In this document: positions 36,796 through 49,738 of the stretch, one piece after another
Position numbering within the stretch: the stretch's first letter is position 1
Layout of the letters: each line of letters starts with the position of its first letter
Origin: Priapulus caudatus
Lineage: Eukaryota
Direction of reading: 5' to 3'
Assembly (NCBI RefSeq): GCF_000485595.1
Contig: NW_014577062.1
Location: forward strand, 281,212-332,654
DNA length: 51,443 bases
Position numbers and translations under genes: made by a program
The notes under the pieces: generated by a model
The model's database searches: none
Told to the model about the DNA's origin: nothing
The model's input: the letters and a program-made list of their open reading frames with translations, nothing else

Positions 36796-37180
36796 TGCCA
36801 GGTACAGGGTGCCAGGTACCGGATGCAAGGTACAGAATGTCAAGTACCGGATACCAGGTACCGGATGCCAGGTATCGGATGCCAGGTACCGGATGCCAGG
36901 TACCGGATACCAGGTACCGGATGCCGGATACTAGGTGCCAGATACCGGATGCCAGGTACCGGATGCCTGGTACCGGATGCCAGGTAGCGGATGCCAAGTA
37001 CCGGATGCCAGGTACCGGATGCCAGGTACCGGATGCCAGGTACTGGGTGCCAGGTACCGGATGCCAGGTACCGGATGCCAGGTACCGGTTGCCAGGTACT
37101 GGATTCCAGGTACCGGATGCCAGGTACCGGATGCCAGGTACCGGATGCCAGGTACTGGGTGCAAGGTGCCGGGTGCCGGT
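36796..37180. repeat. 14-bp minisatellite (TGCCAGGTACCGGA) ~27 copies, with partial copies at ~37285-37327
   Basis: Seen directly. The unit is not a multiple of 3 and the same peptide repeats appear in all frames. Confidence 0.95.
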
Positions 37181-39532
37181 AATCTCATCACAGAGATGAA
37201 AATTGCTCTCTTGTTTGTCGTGGCGGCGCAATTTAACGGTAACAATCAAATCCGATAGTCACGTGATCTCTGTGGTGAGATTGGGGTGCCGGATGCCGGG
37301 TGCGGGATGCCAGGTACTGGGTACCGACTGCCGTCTGACTGATGCCAGCGGGCACGGATCTCAGTGCTAGTAACGCCATGAGGCACGCAGCATTGAAGCC
37401 AAGGCTGCTGTTGTTAGATGCTGTTAGTGGAATTATCTCCTTAGAAAGCTGCGGCACGTATGCGGCCGTTCTGTGCGGCGTGGCTGAGCGACGCGCCTAT
37501 ACTTCCGCCGCAAGTGTGGCTCCGTATCCGTATATGTGCAGCTCAAACGTGCGCGTAGTGTGGACCCACACGCTCCGTTATTGCCACTACGTACGCACGC
37601 GCAATGTTGCTGCAGACGCGGGCGCAGTCTATACAGAAGAAAGATTTTGCGCTCCATGTGAACGCGTGTGTGACTGGAGCTATTGCTCGATATTTGTCTG
37701 CACTAGACTGACTTCTTAAACAGTTCACAGTGCAACTTATTTGGTTCAGCCACAGGGGACAAATGGAGTCAGTCTATGCTTGTAACATATATCTAGTTAA
37801 TGGCGGTTGGAGCTTGGACCCGCTCCAGTCACCCTTGCGAAATGAGCAAGTTGTGAACGTAATTCAGTTGTCAGCGACCGCTGCGACGACCCGCGCGTGA
37901 AAGACGCGACGTGATTGAAGGATCTGAAGGCATTTATACGATATCGGTACGTCGCTCCTCACATTACCACATTACCTCTTTGACGCGTCGACGATGAGAC
38001 GTCGTCATCGATCAGCCGCTAGGTGTCAGTGTAGGTCCGGCGGGGCGGAGAGAGCGAGATTGTCTGCGATTTAGATAATCTGTTCGGTTTCATCTTCAGC
38101 CGATTGCGGCCGAACGATAGAGAGCTCGCGCCTTCCCATTGACTTTATGAACTATGGCAACTCTGAACTCTCCATTGACTCAGCCACATCCTTGTTTCAC
38201 AAACCTTAGACGTTGGCAATTATGCATGAAATTACAGACGAGCACAATGCAATGGAAATCAATAAGGTCCTAATGAAGCCGTCTGCGTGGAATCTTGCGC
38301 GCTTTATAACAAAATTAGAATAATGCTGCACCTATATGTACGCGCTGCATTAGGTGCTCACTAGGACTATTAAAAACGAAAGCAATTACATCACTGCAAT
38401 TCAACTCGGACTCACCCTCTATAGACAGCTATTTTCCTGTATCAATACTATTATCCCAAGCCTATCCAAATATAGACGTAACGTCAAGACCAGACGGAGA
38501 GCAACTTACGAAAATGCGTCGGGACGTAGGCTGTTTTTATCGAGTACATTGATTTTCGTCGCGGAAACGTTCTTATAGACTTAGCTAGCAATTGGAGATG
38601 TTGGTGTGTAACATTAGGCAATCCAGTAACCATTATTATTTACTGCAAGCTTAGCTTTTTACACACGTCACCTCGGGAGATACTCGTCATAAATAATTTA
38701 GTTTCGTGTGTTAGCGCGTATAGAACGAATTCCCGCGAGTGTTAAATCTACCAACTGCAGCTCGGAGTCGACAAAAACACAGGGCGAGGTATAGTATCAT
38801 CCTCAGTACTACTGCTCCTAGAAATAATCTTGGTTGCTATGTAAGCGTGCGACGCAATAAAACTGTGTAAAAACCATGTTGGAGGACGGTACACCGCAAT
38901 CACAGGGAACGAAGACATCTCAGCATAGAGCTACGGTGCTACGCTGAATGCTCGCTGCGCTGCCTTTACCTGGGAATGACCAAGTATAGAAGTATATAAC
39001 CAGTTGAATAAGTATACGCATAATTGACATTTTAATGAATATCAGACTTGATCAAACAGAAACCTACAAAGCGCCTACTTTTATACGGTGATAAAGAAAT
39101 ACAATTTTCCGTCATAAAGTCACGTATCTGTAGCATTGCAGTCTAAAGCTTATATAATAGATGCGAGAATATAGAAAATGCAATTTATTTTATTTTATTT
39201 TATAAAATAATAGAAATAGTAGTAAATTTAGCTGAGACTAATATTAGCTATAATGGATAGGACAACGACCGGATCATTATTCAATTAATGATCCACCTCA
39301 TGGCATGACTCCTTATTTTTCCCATAGGGCTTTTACAGAATCCCAGGAGTCTACGGTGTTCCCGCCTAGTATCGAATTCCGTAGATGGAAATCAATAAAC
39401 GTGTTACTCGGTACATGGTGTGCCTTTATTTCACCATCCATCGGGAGTTTCCGTCCTGGGTAACATGTTGAAATGAGCTACTTTTCATCGAGTCAATCAC
39501 GGAAGGTTTGACAAACTCTGTCACTCCATCTT

Positions 39533-39559
39533 TCTCTCTCCCTTTCTCTCTCTCTCTCG

Positions 39560-39604
<45 letters not shown>

Positions 39605-39624
39605 NNNNNNNNNNNNNNTATATG

Positions 39625-39684
<60 letters not shown>

Positions 39685-39890
39685 GTGTGTGCGTGCGTGT
39701 GCGTGTGCGTGTGCGTGTGCGTGTGCGCGTGCGTGTGCGTGTGCGTGTGCGTTTGCGTGTGCGTGTGCGTGTGCGTGTCATTCTATTCCCTCCTCGTCTC
39801 TCTTTTTTTCTCTCCCTCCCTCCTCTTTCTTTATCTCTCTCTTTCCACCTTTTACTTTTCTCTCCCCCTCCCCCCTCTCTCTCTTTCTTT
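39533..39890. repeat. (CT)n-gap-(TA)n-(GT)n-(GCGTGT)n compound microsatellite and pyrimidine tract
   Basis: Seen directly. Gap at 39605-39618. Confidence 0.9.
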
Positions 39891-40494
39891 TTGTCTCATT
39901 CAGCCGCTTTGCTGTCTGTTCTTAATACCCTTCATTAGTTCGCATGGAAGCGATACATTAGCAGATCTAGAGTCTTACGTATACACGTGCTAGCGTGCAT
40001 CAGCTATGATGTCACTGGCAATTGTTCGCCGAGATTCTCTGTTTAATTATCATTTTCAATAAATGTGTGCGATTGCCGTTGCAATGCAGCGGCGTTGCTT
40101 TTCCCTCCGCTTGCCAAGACGGCGGCGTCGTTTCTTGTCATATACAAAAAAACAAGCGCACGATTTCCTATCGGTACTTTCTTTTTTCTTTACTCGATTC
40201 TCGACGCACGAGTGCAAGCCGCCGTAGCGCAGTAATGGAAGCCCTCAGTAATGGATCAGCAGCGCGCACTTGTCGCGTCTTTAAGCGCCGCGTCTTCAAG
40301 GAACCCGTCTGCAATCGCCCCGGGCTACGCCAAGGACAGCAGCGCGCAAGCTTGCTCGCATGCACCGTAGGAAGACGGCGGTGAGCGCGTTAGCGATCTG
40401 CCGCGAGAAACCCTCTCCCCACGTCCGTATTAAAATATCTTGAATGACTCACTAGGCCTCGTCCCCCCTTCTCTACCCGCGTCCGTCTCCTCCA

Positions 40495-41610
40495 TGCACC
40501 ACACACACGCGCGCACGTGCGCACACACGCAAACACTTCCCCCATACGCGCGCGTGCACACACGCAAACACTTACTCCCACATGCGCGCACACGCACGTA
40601 CACACACGCGCGCACATGCGCGCACACGCACGCACCTCCTCCATACGCGCGCGTGCACACACGCAAACACTTACTTCCACACGCGCGCACACGCACGTAC
40701 ACACACGCGCGCGCGCACGCACACACACGCGCGCACATGCGCACACACGGAAACACTTCTCCCATACGCGCGCGTGCACACACGCAAACACTTACTGCCA
40801 CACGCGCGCACACGCACGTACACACACGCGCGCGCACGCACGCACACACACGCGCGGCCGTGCACACATACGCAAACACTTCCCCCATACGCGCACGCAC
40901 ACACACGCAAACACTTCTCTCATACGCGCCCGTGTACACACGCAAACACTTACTCCCACACGCGCGCACACGCAAGTACACACACGCGCTCGCACGCACG
41001 CACACACACGCGCGCACGTGCGCACACACGCGGACCATTCCCCCATGCGCGCGCGTGCACACACGCAAACACTTACTCCCACACGCGCGCACACGCACGT
41101 ACACACACGCGCGCGCGCACGCACACGCAAACACTTCCCCCATACGCGCGCGTAACACACGCAAACACTTACTCCGACATGCGCGCACACGCACGTACAC
41201 ACACGCGCGCGCGCACGTGCGCGCACGCACGCACACACACACGCGCGCGCACGCACGCATACACGCAAACACTTACTCCCACACGCGCGCACACGTACGT
41301 ACACACACGCGCGCATGCACGCACACACACGCCGCGCGTGCACACACGCAAACACTTACTCCCACACGCGCGCACACGCACGTACACACACGTACACACA
41401 CGTGCGCGCACGCACGCACACACACAAACGCGCGCACGCACGCATACACGCAAACACTTACTCCCATGCACACGCGCGCACACGTACGTACACACACGCG
41501 CGCGCACGTACGTACACACACGCGCGCGCACGCATGTACACACACGCGCGCGCACGCATGTACACACACGCGCGCGCACGCACGCACACACGCGCGCGCG
41601 CACGCGTGCG
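40495..41610. repeat. Complex higher-order repeat of CA/CG dinucleotides with the recurring anchors CACACGCAAACACTTACTCCCAC and AAACACTTCCCCCATACGCG
   Basis: The CAAACACTT anchor recurs more than a dozen times at irregular 35-110 bp spacing. Confidence 0.9.
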
Positions 41611-41864
41611 TGTTGCGACTCGTCAAGAGAGCTGGCTTCTCGCTTAGCCGCATCTTATATTGCAGGGATGCTGCGCGCTTGCTTATCACAGCCTCCGCCA
41701 ATGACGTGAGACGGCATTTAGGCGTGCATGCCTGTCTGCAGCTTTCGCGACTTTTTCTGCTCTAAACGAAGTATATAGAAATCGACAGGGATGCTTCCCT
41801 CTAAACTCGGCAGCTGTGCAAGTCTGTATGCCATGATCGCATGTGTTGTCTAAGTGGTCCGGTA

Positions 41865-42580
41865 CTGTGATTGCTCGCGTGCCATGATTGTACCCGTGGT
41901 GTGCTTGTCCTATGTTCCTTGATTGCCTTCGCGCTGTGATTGTACCCGTGTTGTGATTGTACCCGTGTGGTGATTGTCTCCGTGTTGTGATTGTCCCCTT
42001 GTTGTGATTGTCCCCGTGCCGTGATTGCCTCCGTGCTGTAATTGTCCCCGTGTCGTTATTGTCCCCGTTTCGTAATTGTCTCCGTGCTGTAATTGTCTCC
42101 GTGCCGTGATTGTCTCCGTGCTGTGATTGTCCCCGTGTTGTGATTGTCTCGTGTGGTGATTGTCTCCGTGTTGTGATTGTCCCCGTTTCGTAATTGTCCC
42201 CGTGTTGTGATTGTCCCCGTTTCGTTATTGTCCCCGTGCCGTGATTGTCTCCGTGCTGTAATTGTCCCCGTGTCGTTATTGTCCCCGCATCGTGATTGTC
42301 CCCGTGTCGTGATTGTTTCCGTGCTGTAATTGTCCCCGTGTGGTGATTGTCCCCGTGCCGTGATTGTCTCCGTGTCGTGATTGTCTCCGTGCCGTGATTG
42401 TCTCCGTGCTGTAATTGTCCCCGTGCCGTGATTGTCTCTGTGCCGTGATTGTCTCAGTGCTGTAATTGTCCCCGTGCCGTGATTGTTTCCGTGCTGTAAT
42501 TGTCCCCGTGTCGTTATTGTCTCCGTGTCGTGATTGTTTCCGTGCTGTTTTTGTTCCCGTGCTGTGATTGTCTCCGTTTC
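41865..42580. repeat. 18-bp minisatellite (CCGTGYYGTRATTGTCYC), ~38-40 copies
   Basis: Seen directly. It drives the repetitive C-terminal part of ORF 42056..42982(-). Confidence 0.95.
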
Positions 42581-44872
42581 TTGCGATGGTTTTCGCATCA
42601 CGCCAGCAACATACAATAAGCGACGAGGCACACAAGTGCGTATGTTTTGCAGAGATATGATGGCGACACAAACAAGCGTCGAGCTCAGCTCGGATTTGTG
42701 CATGTGGGTGAAGACGTCACGCGCGCTGAATAGGCAGTTCTTCTTGACGCTGGCATTATTATATCGCAAGCGGAGATGCAGGCGTGTGATCGAAACCTGT
42801 GGCCGTAGTAAGCTGCTATACGGTCGTGACTGCGCGATGTGGCTTAGCATGACGCGTCTCATGAAATGCCTAATGATATTGCTGATGCCATCTGCATCGT
42901 AGCCGCATGTAATTAGGAATGCGATTTGCGACGAATTATCACCAATTGCGCTTGACGTCGGGAAAATCATTTGTCTCGACACACTAGAGTAGCTGTTTCT
43001 CTACATGTCCATAAACAAATGCAACATTTACGTAAAAAGATTCTGCTACCTGCGCTAATGACTTATACGTGTAATTTAGATTATAGATGATGATGAGAGA
43101 TTAGATGTGAGTTTTTCATTCGTTTTAATATATCGATAGGGCAACAGTATTTTAATTTTATGAGAGTGGAGTTTATACGTATAATGGTTGAGACGCGTCC
43201 ATTGGTTGAAGAGTGACCATGCAGTTTTGCGGAGAGGTCCGATGTGCACGTGCGTGTAATATCTACATGTGTTATATGCAGTGCGTGCAAGCGTGTAGTG
43301 CGTATGAGTGCAAGGAGGCGTTCAGTGCACTTCTGTGCTGTAGATGAGTAACTAGCAGATATGTTTGACTTCCGTCAGAATCGGTTCTGACACGCTAAAT
43401 AGCCGATGAATTGATAGCCACAGATTGAAGCTTGCCGTTCAGCCGTAGTGCTCAATTAATCGTATGAACCCATTGGCCAGGAGCGCTACCTCGCACTGTA
43501 CGCGATGGAGCATGCCGTTACGAGACAGTGTTCCCGTTCGAAGACTTATTGTGTCCTCATCACGGAGTTGAATGATTAGAAACCACCGGCGGACGAGCGC
43601 AGATTCGAGTAAAATGCAATAAGCGCCGTTTGCTTTCAGCACGGATGCGAACGATTGCGTCTGAGCAAGTCGAAACTTTTGCGGATTCCGTAGATACAGT
43701 TCGGCGGCAACGATGGGCGCATGAAATGGCGGGAGTACGTGATCCCTGAGGGAACGCACGACATATATATATATATATATATACCTCTAAACGCGTTGAA
43801 AACATGACAAACGTGAGCAAAAATGATGAATGAAGAACGCGTGTAGAATACGCGTAAAAAACACGAAAAATTCGTGTCAAACGCACGGAAAAACAGATGA
43901 GGAATGCGTGTCAAATACGAGAAAAAACGCATAAGAAATGCGCGCCGAGCACGCGCAAAACACGAGAAGAGCGCATAGCGAACACGCACGTGTCACTCAC
44001 AAAATTCGTGTTGAACGTTTAACAATCCAATGAATAACCCATATAGAGGGCATACATACACACTACGCGAAGAATTTGCTTCGAACACGCAGCACACAAC
44101 CGATAAAGGTGACAGGCACGCGCGTAGCACACGCGCTAGACAGGCAAGAAACACCCGAAAGACACTTAGTTTTTCGGTGACGAAATGGACCGCTGTCGAA
44201 CTCTGTTTGTAAACTAGACGACCGCGGCGGACAGCGCCAACAAAACGGGTTACTGCTTCGTGGTCAATTACTGCAATCTAGCGCGTCAACGCGACGACTC
44301 AGTTAATAAGGCAGAGTTGATGACAACTGAGTTAATAAACGTCATTACAAACGATTTGTTTACATTATATATGTGTCAACGCTTTCGAATCGACGGTGGT
44401 TACAGACGCACCGGCACCAGAGCGCTTGGCGTATATCAGTCTGTAAGCTTTTCCCCTGCGTAGATAACCAGTTGCATTTACATCGTGCGCGGCGGATAAT
44501 TCAATAACAGAAGGCTGCTCTACATTTCTGTGCGAATACATTCTGTGCATCTCCGTTTAGATGCAATAACATCGGTACGTATTTAAAATGGGTAAGTAAC
44601 GGCATTATCGATAGCAAGAGCATCAACCCCGATTTTGCTAAGAAAAACATTTTGTCACTGCATTCCTCAAAGTGAATCTTCTTTCCGGAAAATGTTTTTC
44701 TGACTACACAAAGCCGATCGAGATCTGCCGTCTGCCCTTGCGGGCGGTATTTGCATCGCGCACAGGCCGCTCCTGAATAATTTCTCGTCTTAACGATGTC
44801 TGTAAATACGGTTTCTATTTGCATTACGCTACCGCTTGCGTGATTTGCACCTGCGCTGAGACCCTGTCGCAG

Positions 44873-44932
44873 ATTTCACTGCTGACCGACGACGAACAAG
44901 CTCGACGCTGTAACAGTGACGAACGGTCGTGC
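44873..44932 (+). CDS. Weak candidate 60-nt phase-0/phase-0 exon (ISLLTDDEQARRCNSDERSC)
   Basis: CCCTGTCGCAG| acceptor and C|GTGAGT donor, open only in phase 0. It is not phase-compatible with the other candidate exons. Confidence 0.15.
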
Positions 44933-45756
44933 GTGAGTTGGAGATGGTGTGAAACCTTCTGTGCGAATAACCGCAGCGCAGCCAGTCAATTCACGCTGCG
45001 TTTAACCGATAAATCTTACAATCGACCGACGACGGCTGCCTGCACGCGGCGCTACCGCCTCAGCGTACACAGCCGCCGCCTTTACACCGCGTGACAACTG
45101 CTGCTGTAGATGCGTGTGTCTACAGACAGCCCTGCATATGTACGTGCACTGCTATAGGTGTCTCATTGCATGACGCCCCCCATCCATTCACCGAGTTCCC
45201 CCACCGAGATCACGCGACCATTATGATTTGGATCCCGGGTTAAGACTTTTTAATTATCAGAACTTTTCATCTATCTAAACGAATCAGATGGTGTCAGTGG
45301 ATAGATATTGACTGGGTATTCTGTGTGCTTTGGTCACGTATAGTCTCGCCAACTGCGAATTGGAATCTCTTAATTTGGTCATGTTGCGAATAGTTTGAGG
45401 GTTAGCGTCGAGGTTCGATGGCTCGAAGTCTCAATGCCACGGTTAGGGAACTTATACGGTTAGGGAATCTATACGACAAGATATTCACACAGAATTGGCA
45501 AGTGAGGTCTACAATATCCAATTATCTCAGGGCAGTGCAAATAGACACGAACAAGCGATATTACGGCTTGCGGTACCTTTGAATTTAAGATTATCCGAGA
45601 GATTCTGAGTAAACCAGATCACAACAGTCTGCGATCGGTGTGAAAACACGCCGCTAGATGTCGCTCTGACGCACACAGCGTCACACCTTACGTGCGAGTG
45701 CCCTGCTAGACGTCACAGCGTTTACGTGTAAAAATAACTTTACCCTGCGCCTACAG

Positions 45757-45895
45757 CGTCGTTTAAGCAGGGCCTGCAAGAGACTGCGAATGGCAGCGAC
45801 CACAGAGAGAACAGCGTGAGCCTCGTTCCCACGCAGCGCGAGAACGAGGCTCCCGCCGACGAGCAGCCCTTCACGCGAGCCGCTAGCGACACGCG
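45757..45895 (+). CDS. Candidate exon ((A)SFKQGLQETANGSDHRENSVSLVPTQRENEAPADEQPFTRAASDTR)
   Basis: Branch-like TAAC at ~45735 and acceptor TTTACCCTGCGCCTACAG|. The phase-1 frame is open with GC3-rich codons. It ends at a weak donor CG|GTAGTA or reads into TAG at 45897-45899. Confidence 0.45.
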
Positions 45896-47257
45896 GTAGT
45901 ATCGTATCGCTTGCTCTTTAATCGCATCCCGCAGCCACACTGAGCGCGAGCGCGCGTGACAGCGCGCAGATAAACGCGCGCGCGCGCGTGCGAATCAATG
46001 TGCGGACGAGCAGTGACATTAGCTTCATCTGCCCCAAAACACGCTCGCCGAACACAGAGCCGATTTTTTACGCGCGCGTGCGTTGCACGGCGCCGACAAT
46101 GCAGCCGAGAAAACGCCGTCGCTTAGGTACGAGTAACAAACGCTATTCAGGGGTCCTCGTAATAGCTCGCTAGCATGAAATTTTAAATGCGGCCGTGCGA
46201 GACTATTTTCCTACTGCCGCTCATAATTTATTGAGAACGCCCGTGCCGTGATGAAATATGCATGTGTATTGTTTATACAATATTATTCCGACGAGCCGGC
46301 GTGGGGTAAAACGCAGTTCGAACAACTCGCGACAGTTTGTCTCGCGGCGAATTGAAATTGCAGTAAAATAATCTGTATTAAGTGTCGTCTCACGCCAATT
46401 GTTGAATTGTAGTTAAAATAAATGAATTCGCGACACAGCGCCTGCGGGCATTGATATTTCTCGCGCTCCGCATACTTCGAGTGTCCGCCTGCATGCTTGA
46501 GAGCGGTGTGCCTCACTCGTGCGATATGAGATTCACTCTGCTTGCCGTGCGCGGGTTCACACCTCTTATGGTACACGCGCCTATTACGCATGCGTTGCAT
46601 TCTTGCAAAAAACAATTTCAATGTGTCGTCGTAAATGAAATGATTGATGACATCTATTTAAACTCGCAGCGTTGATGAGGACGCCGGATCAACTGATAGC
46701 TTTGAATGAAGGATGAGCTTGTATATATATATATATATATAGCACATGCGGTAAGCGGTTGTCTGCTAACGTCAGCATCGCATCAATGCAGGTTGATTCA
46801 TAGCGAGGCAGCTTACTCCTGCTTCGCTGCTGCTTGCCTACATCTGAGAGCGCTGTACGAGTGGATTGGAGTCGGGTGAACTCAAGCGGGTTGGATAATA
46901 CTGTAATAATCCCCGTCATGTTCGATATAATCGATTAATCATATAATATGACATTTGAGCTTATACGTACATCGCCGTTCGGCAAAATAGCTCCTCTACT
47001 GTTGAATAATGATATACGCTGTGTGCGAATAAATTGGATTAAAAAAGAACTTGAATCCAGTATGAGTCCGCTAAAGTCTCCTGGGGAATACAGAATACAG
47101 AATGTCAGACGAGTCGTCGAGTTTTTTAGATCACAGTATCACGCATTTCTGTTATCGCATTCAGGTGAAATGAAAACTCGCAGGATTGTCAGCGTATTCG
47201 TGGCGCCAAAGCTGCGTGTATGCCCAGTGTCTACATACTAACATAAGTACATAATAC

Positions 47258-47280
47258 CAAGAGCTAATTATTAGCTCTTG
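47258..47280. mobile_element. 23-bp TIR-only element CAAGAGCTAAT-T-ATTAGCTCTTG with a perfect 7-bp TSD (ATAATAC)
   Basis: ATAATAC at 47251-47257 and 47281-47287. 11-bp perfect arms. Same termini as the element at 2658-2717. Confidence 0.75.
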
Positions 47281-47391
47281 ATAATACTATTATTTGCTCC
47301 TGCTACCGAGTATATCACTCTTACACCAACGAACTCTTCTATGTTAAATTGCGATATAGCTGAACAGCCGCACTATGTATAGACTTTCGTC

Positions 47392-47392
47392 C

Positions 47393-47431
<39 letters not shown>

Positions 47432-47460
47432 NNNNNNNNNNTCTCTCTCTCCTCGTCGTC

Positions 47461-47512
<52 letters not shown>

Positions 47513-47518
47513 GTCGTC

Positions 47519-47582
<64 letters not shown>

Positions 47583-47597
47583 CGCTCTCTCTCTCTC
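47392..47597. repeat. (CT)n microsatellite with gap 47432-47441
   Basis: Seen directly. Confidence 0.95.
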
Positions 47598-49378
47598 TTG
47601 GCAGAATCACATGACTCGTGAGGATTGGTTTTGCAACCATGCGCGATGTTGGGTGTTTCCAATATCGCCCCGTATACCAATCAACTCGAGATTAACTTCG
47701 AGAGAGAAACTGACATCATTTTATAACGAAGAGTAATATTCAACCCAGCGAAGTCGAATCGCGGTGGGATATAATGTGCTTTGGCTGCGTTAACCGCATA
47801 TCGCGTTAAATTTCGCACTTCAGCAGTTTTGCTACAACTCCGTCACGGTTACTAGCCAAGCAGAATGATCGAAAGAGCGGGTGTACGTACGTGTTTATGC
47901 ATAGATCGGAAGCCGTAAAATGCCAAAGCGCATTATACACATTCAATAGCGTCTATCGTGCCGGTAAATCACAGTTTTTCTCGAACAATCTACCGCAATT
48001 TCCTTATTTATTCGATACTATTGTTCGGGATGTTGTTGTTTTTGTCTTTGATCTAACGTTGGTGCTCATGAGCTTTCATGCAAGGCCCAGCTGACGACTT
48101 TTACTAGACGTCGGTTCTATTATTTGAGCCAAGCAACGTGCGCTTAATGTCGCTTAACGCGAGGCTGAAAACATGTGCGCATGCGCGAGTAGCAACTGCC
48201 CATCGGTATACGGTATCGCTGTGCTAACATTCCCCAGAGAGGAATTTTTTTCGCATGATTACGCAAGTTCCGTATATTGCGAGCTGCGCTTCCCTGCAGC
48301 CGGCTTTAGGCGCTGGCTCGGCACGCGACGATGAAATTGAATACAAAAGCGCTTATGATGGTAAACCCTCCGCATTATTCCCAATAAGTAGCTTTTATTC
48401 AGTCGGAGTTCATGCACGCTAAACATGACGGGTATAGCACGCGTGTTTACTGAAACTCTGGTGTTTCCGCACAGGTCAGTGAGCCGCTTCATCTTTCAAC
48501 CCCGTTCTCTAGCTCCCTCTCAACTCTGTCTCTCGCTATCTCTTGTTTTCTCGCTCCCTCCTTCTCCCTGCCTTTTAGGCTCACTTGCTTTTCGCTCACC
48601 TTTTCTTTCTTCCATGAAATTCGATTGATGAAACCGGATTCCTTAGTCCGACTATGGATCGTATATGATGTCATACTACTACTGAGCTATTTCTTTAGGC
48701 AGAATTCATCAGCCAGTATCATTCCTTTAAACAAAATAATTTCTCACCCATCTTCCCCACGACTGATAGTGTATCGTGCTACGCTACTGCTGTGGGATTT
48801 CTTTCGACAAGATTTCTGCCGGTAATAGACTTGGCTGCTGGATTAGGACGAGGCTGCTGAGAACGTTCGCCGTTCGGTTAAACCCTTTTGGACAATTCCT
48901 CGCAGCAGCATCAATAGGCTACCCCCAGCTTGACAAATTGCGGCAAAGTAAACCGGCCGCGTTTGATTGGACTTTATCGTTATTCTTCGCGCAAGCGGCA
49001 AGCAATTTGCACGAGCTTAATCTGAACGTCGTTAAGCCACACAATGACCGCATGCCTTTAGCTCGGGTTACGCGCCTCGCACGTCTCTGTCCGCGCGTGC
49101 TCTACACCTGATACATATAGAGTTCCTTAATATATATCCTCTATATTAATGGACTCTAACGTACGCAGCGCCTCTATAGGAGGCGCGAAGGCGGGAAGTG
49201 TGTCTAAATCCGACCAGGGGAAACGCACGCAGTGCATCCGCGCAGACGCCATCACGCACCTAAAGCCAAATTCAAATTCCCAATCATTTCTGAAAGGTTT
49301 AGTCGAATATGCGCGCGCTCGCAGCGCACACAGGCGTACAGTGTACACACACGGCATTTTCTGTCTACTGCTTTGCAG

Positions 49379-49667
49379 CCGGTGGCATCGACGATGCCGA
49401 AAACATGCTAACTGGGAGAATAGCAAGCCGCCATATGGCCGGCAGGAGGCGCGGCTCGTCGCCGTGCGTCCAGAAGGCGGCGCTGCATGCCGAGCTGAGG
49501 CTGTCGACGCTCGCCGAGGATACCGACGACGAGAACTTCCTCTCGATGCGTCGCAACCCGGCCTACCGACGACAGCGCCGCTGCGTCGACCTGTCCGACA
49601 TCAAGACGTGCGTGCTCGTACAGGAGAAGCTGAAAGCGACACTGGAAAACCAAAAGCGCCTTGAAGA
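49379..49667 (+). CDS. Internal coding exon (289 nt, phase 1 in, phase 2 out) of an unidentified protein: (A)GGIDDAENMLTGRIASRHMAGRRRGSSPCVQKAALHAELRLSTLAEDTDDENFLSMRRNPAYRRQRRCVDLSDIKTCVLVQEKLKATLENQKRLE
   Basis: Strong acceptor TTTTCTGTCTACTGCTTTGCAG| and consensus donor GA|GTAAGT (49668-49673). The frame is open with GC3-rich codons and protein-like composition (RRGS PKA-type site, helical C-terminal end). Confidence 0.85.
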
Positions 49668-49684
49668 GTAAGTACATGCAGGCG

Positions 49685-49685
<1 letters not shown>

Positions 49686-49738
<53 letters not shown>

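Noticed and set aside
36619..37258. Overlapping MPGTGCQVPDARYR-repeat ORFs; superficially CRISPR-like regularity
   Set aside because: A 14-bp tandem unit gives the same peptide in every frame. There are no unique spacers and no cas genes.
41684..41706. TATCACAGCC, matching the 5' end of miR-2/miR-13 family miRNAs
   Set aside because: The 3' part does not match and there is no complementary GTGATA-containing arm upstream to form a precursor hairpin.
42056..42982. 308-aa minus-strand ORF
   Set aside because: The C-terminal half is the 18-bp minisatellite. The unique half has a non-ATG start, no recognisable domain and an equally open frame on the opposite strand.
43357..43400. AGATATGTTTGA, matching the first 12 nt of miR-190
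   Set aside because: The remainder diverges and no pairing star arm follows.
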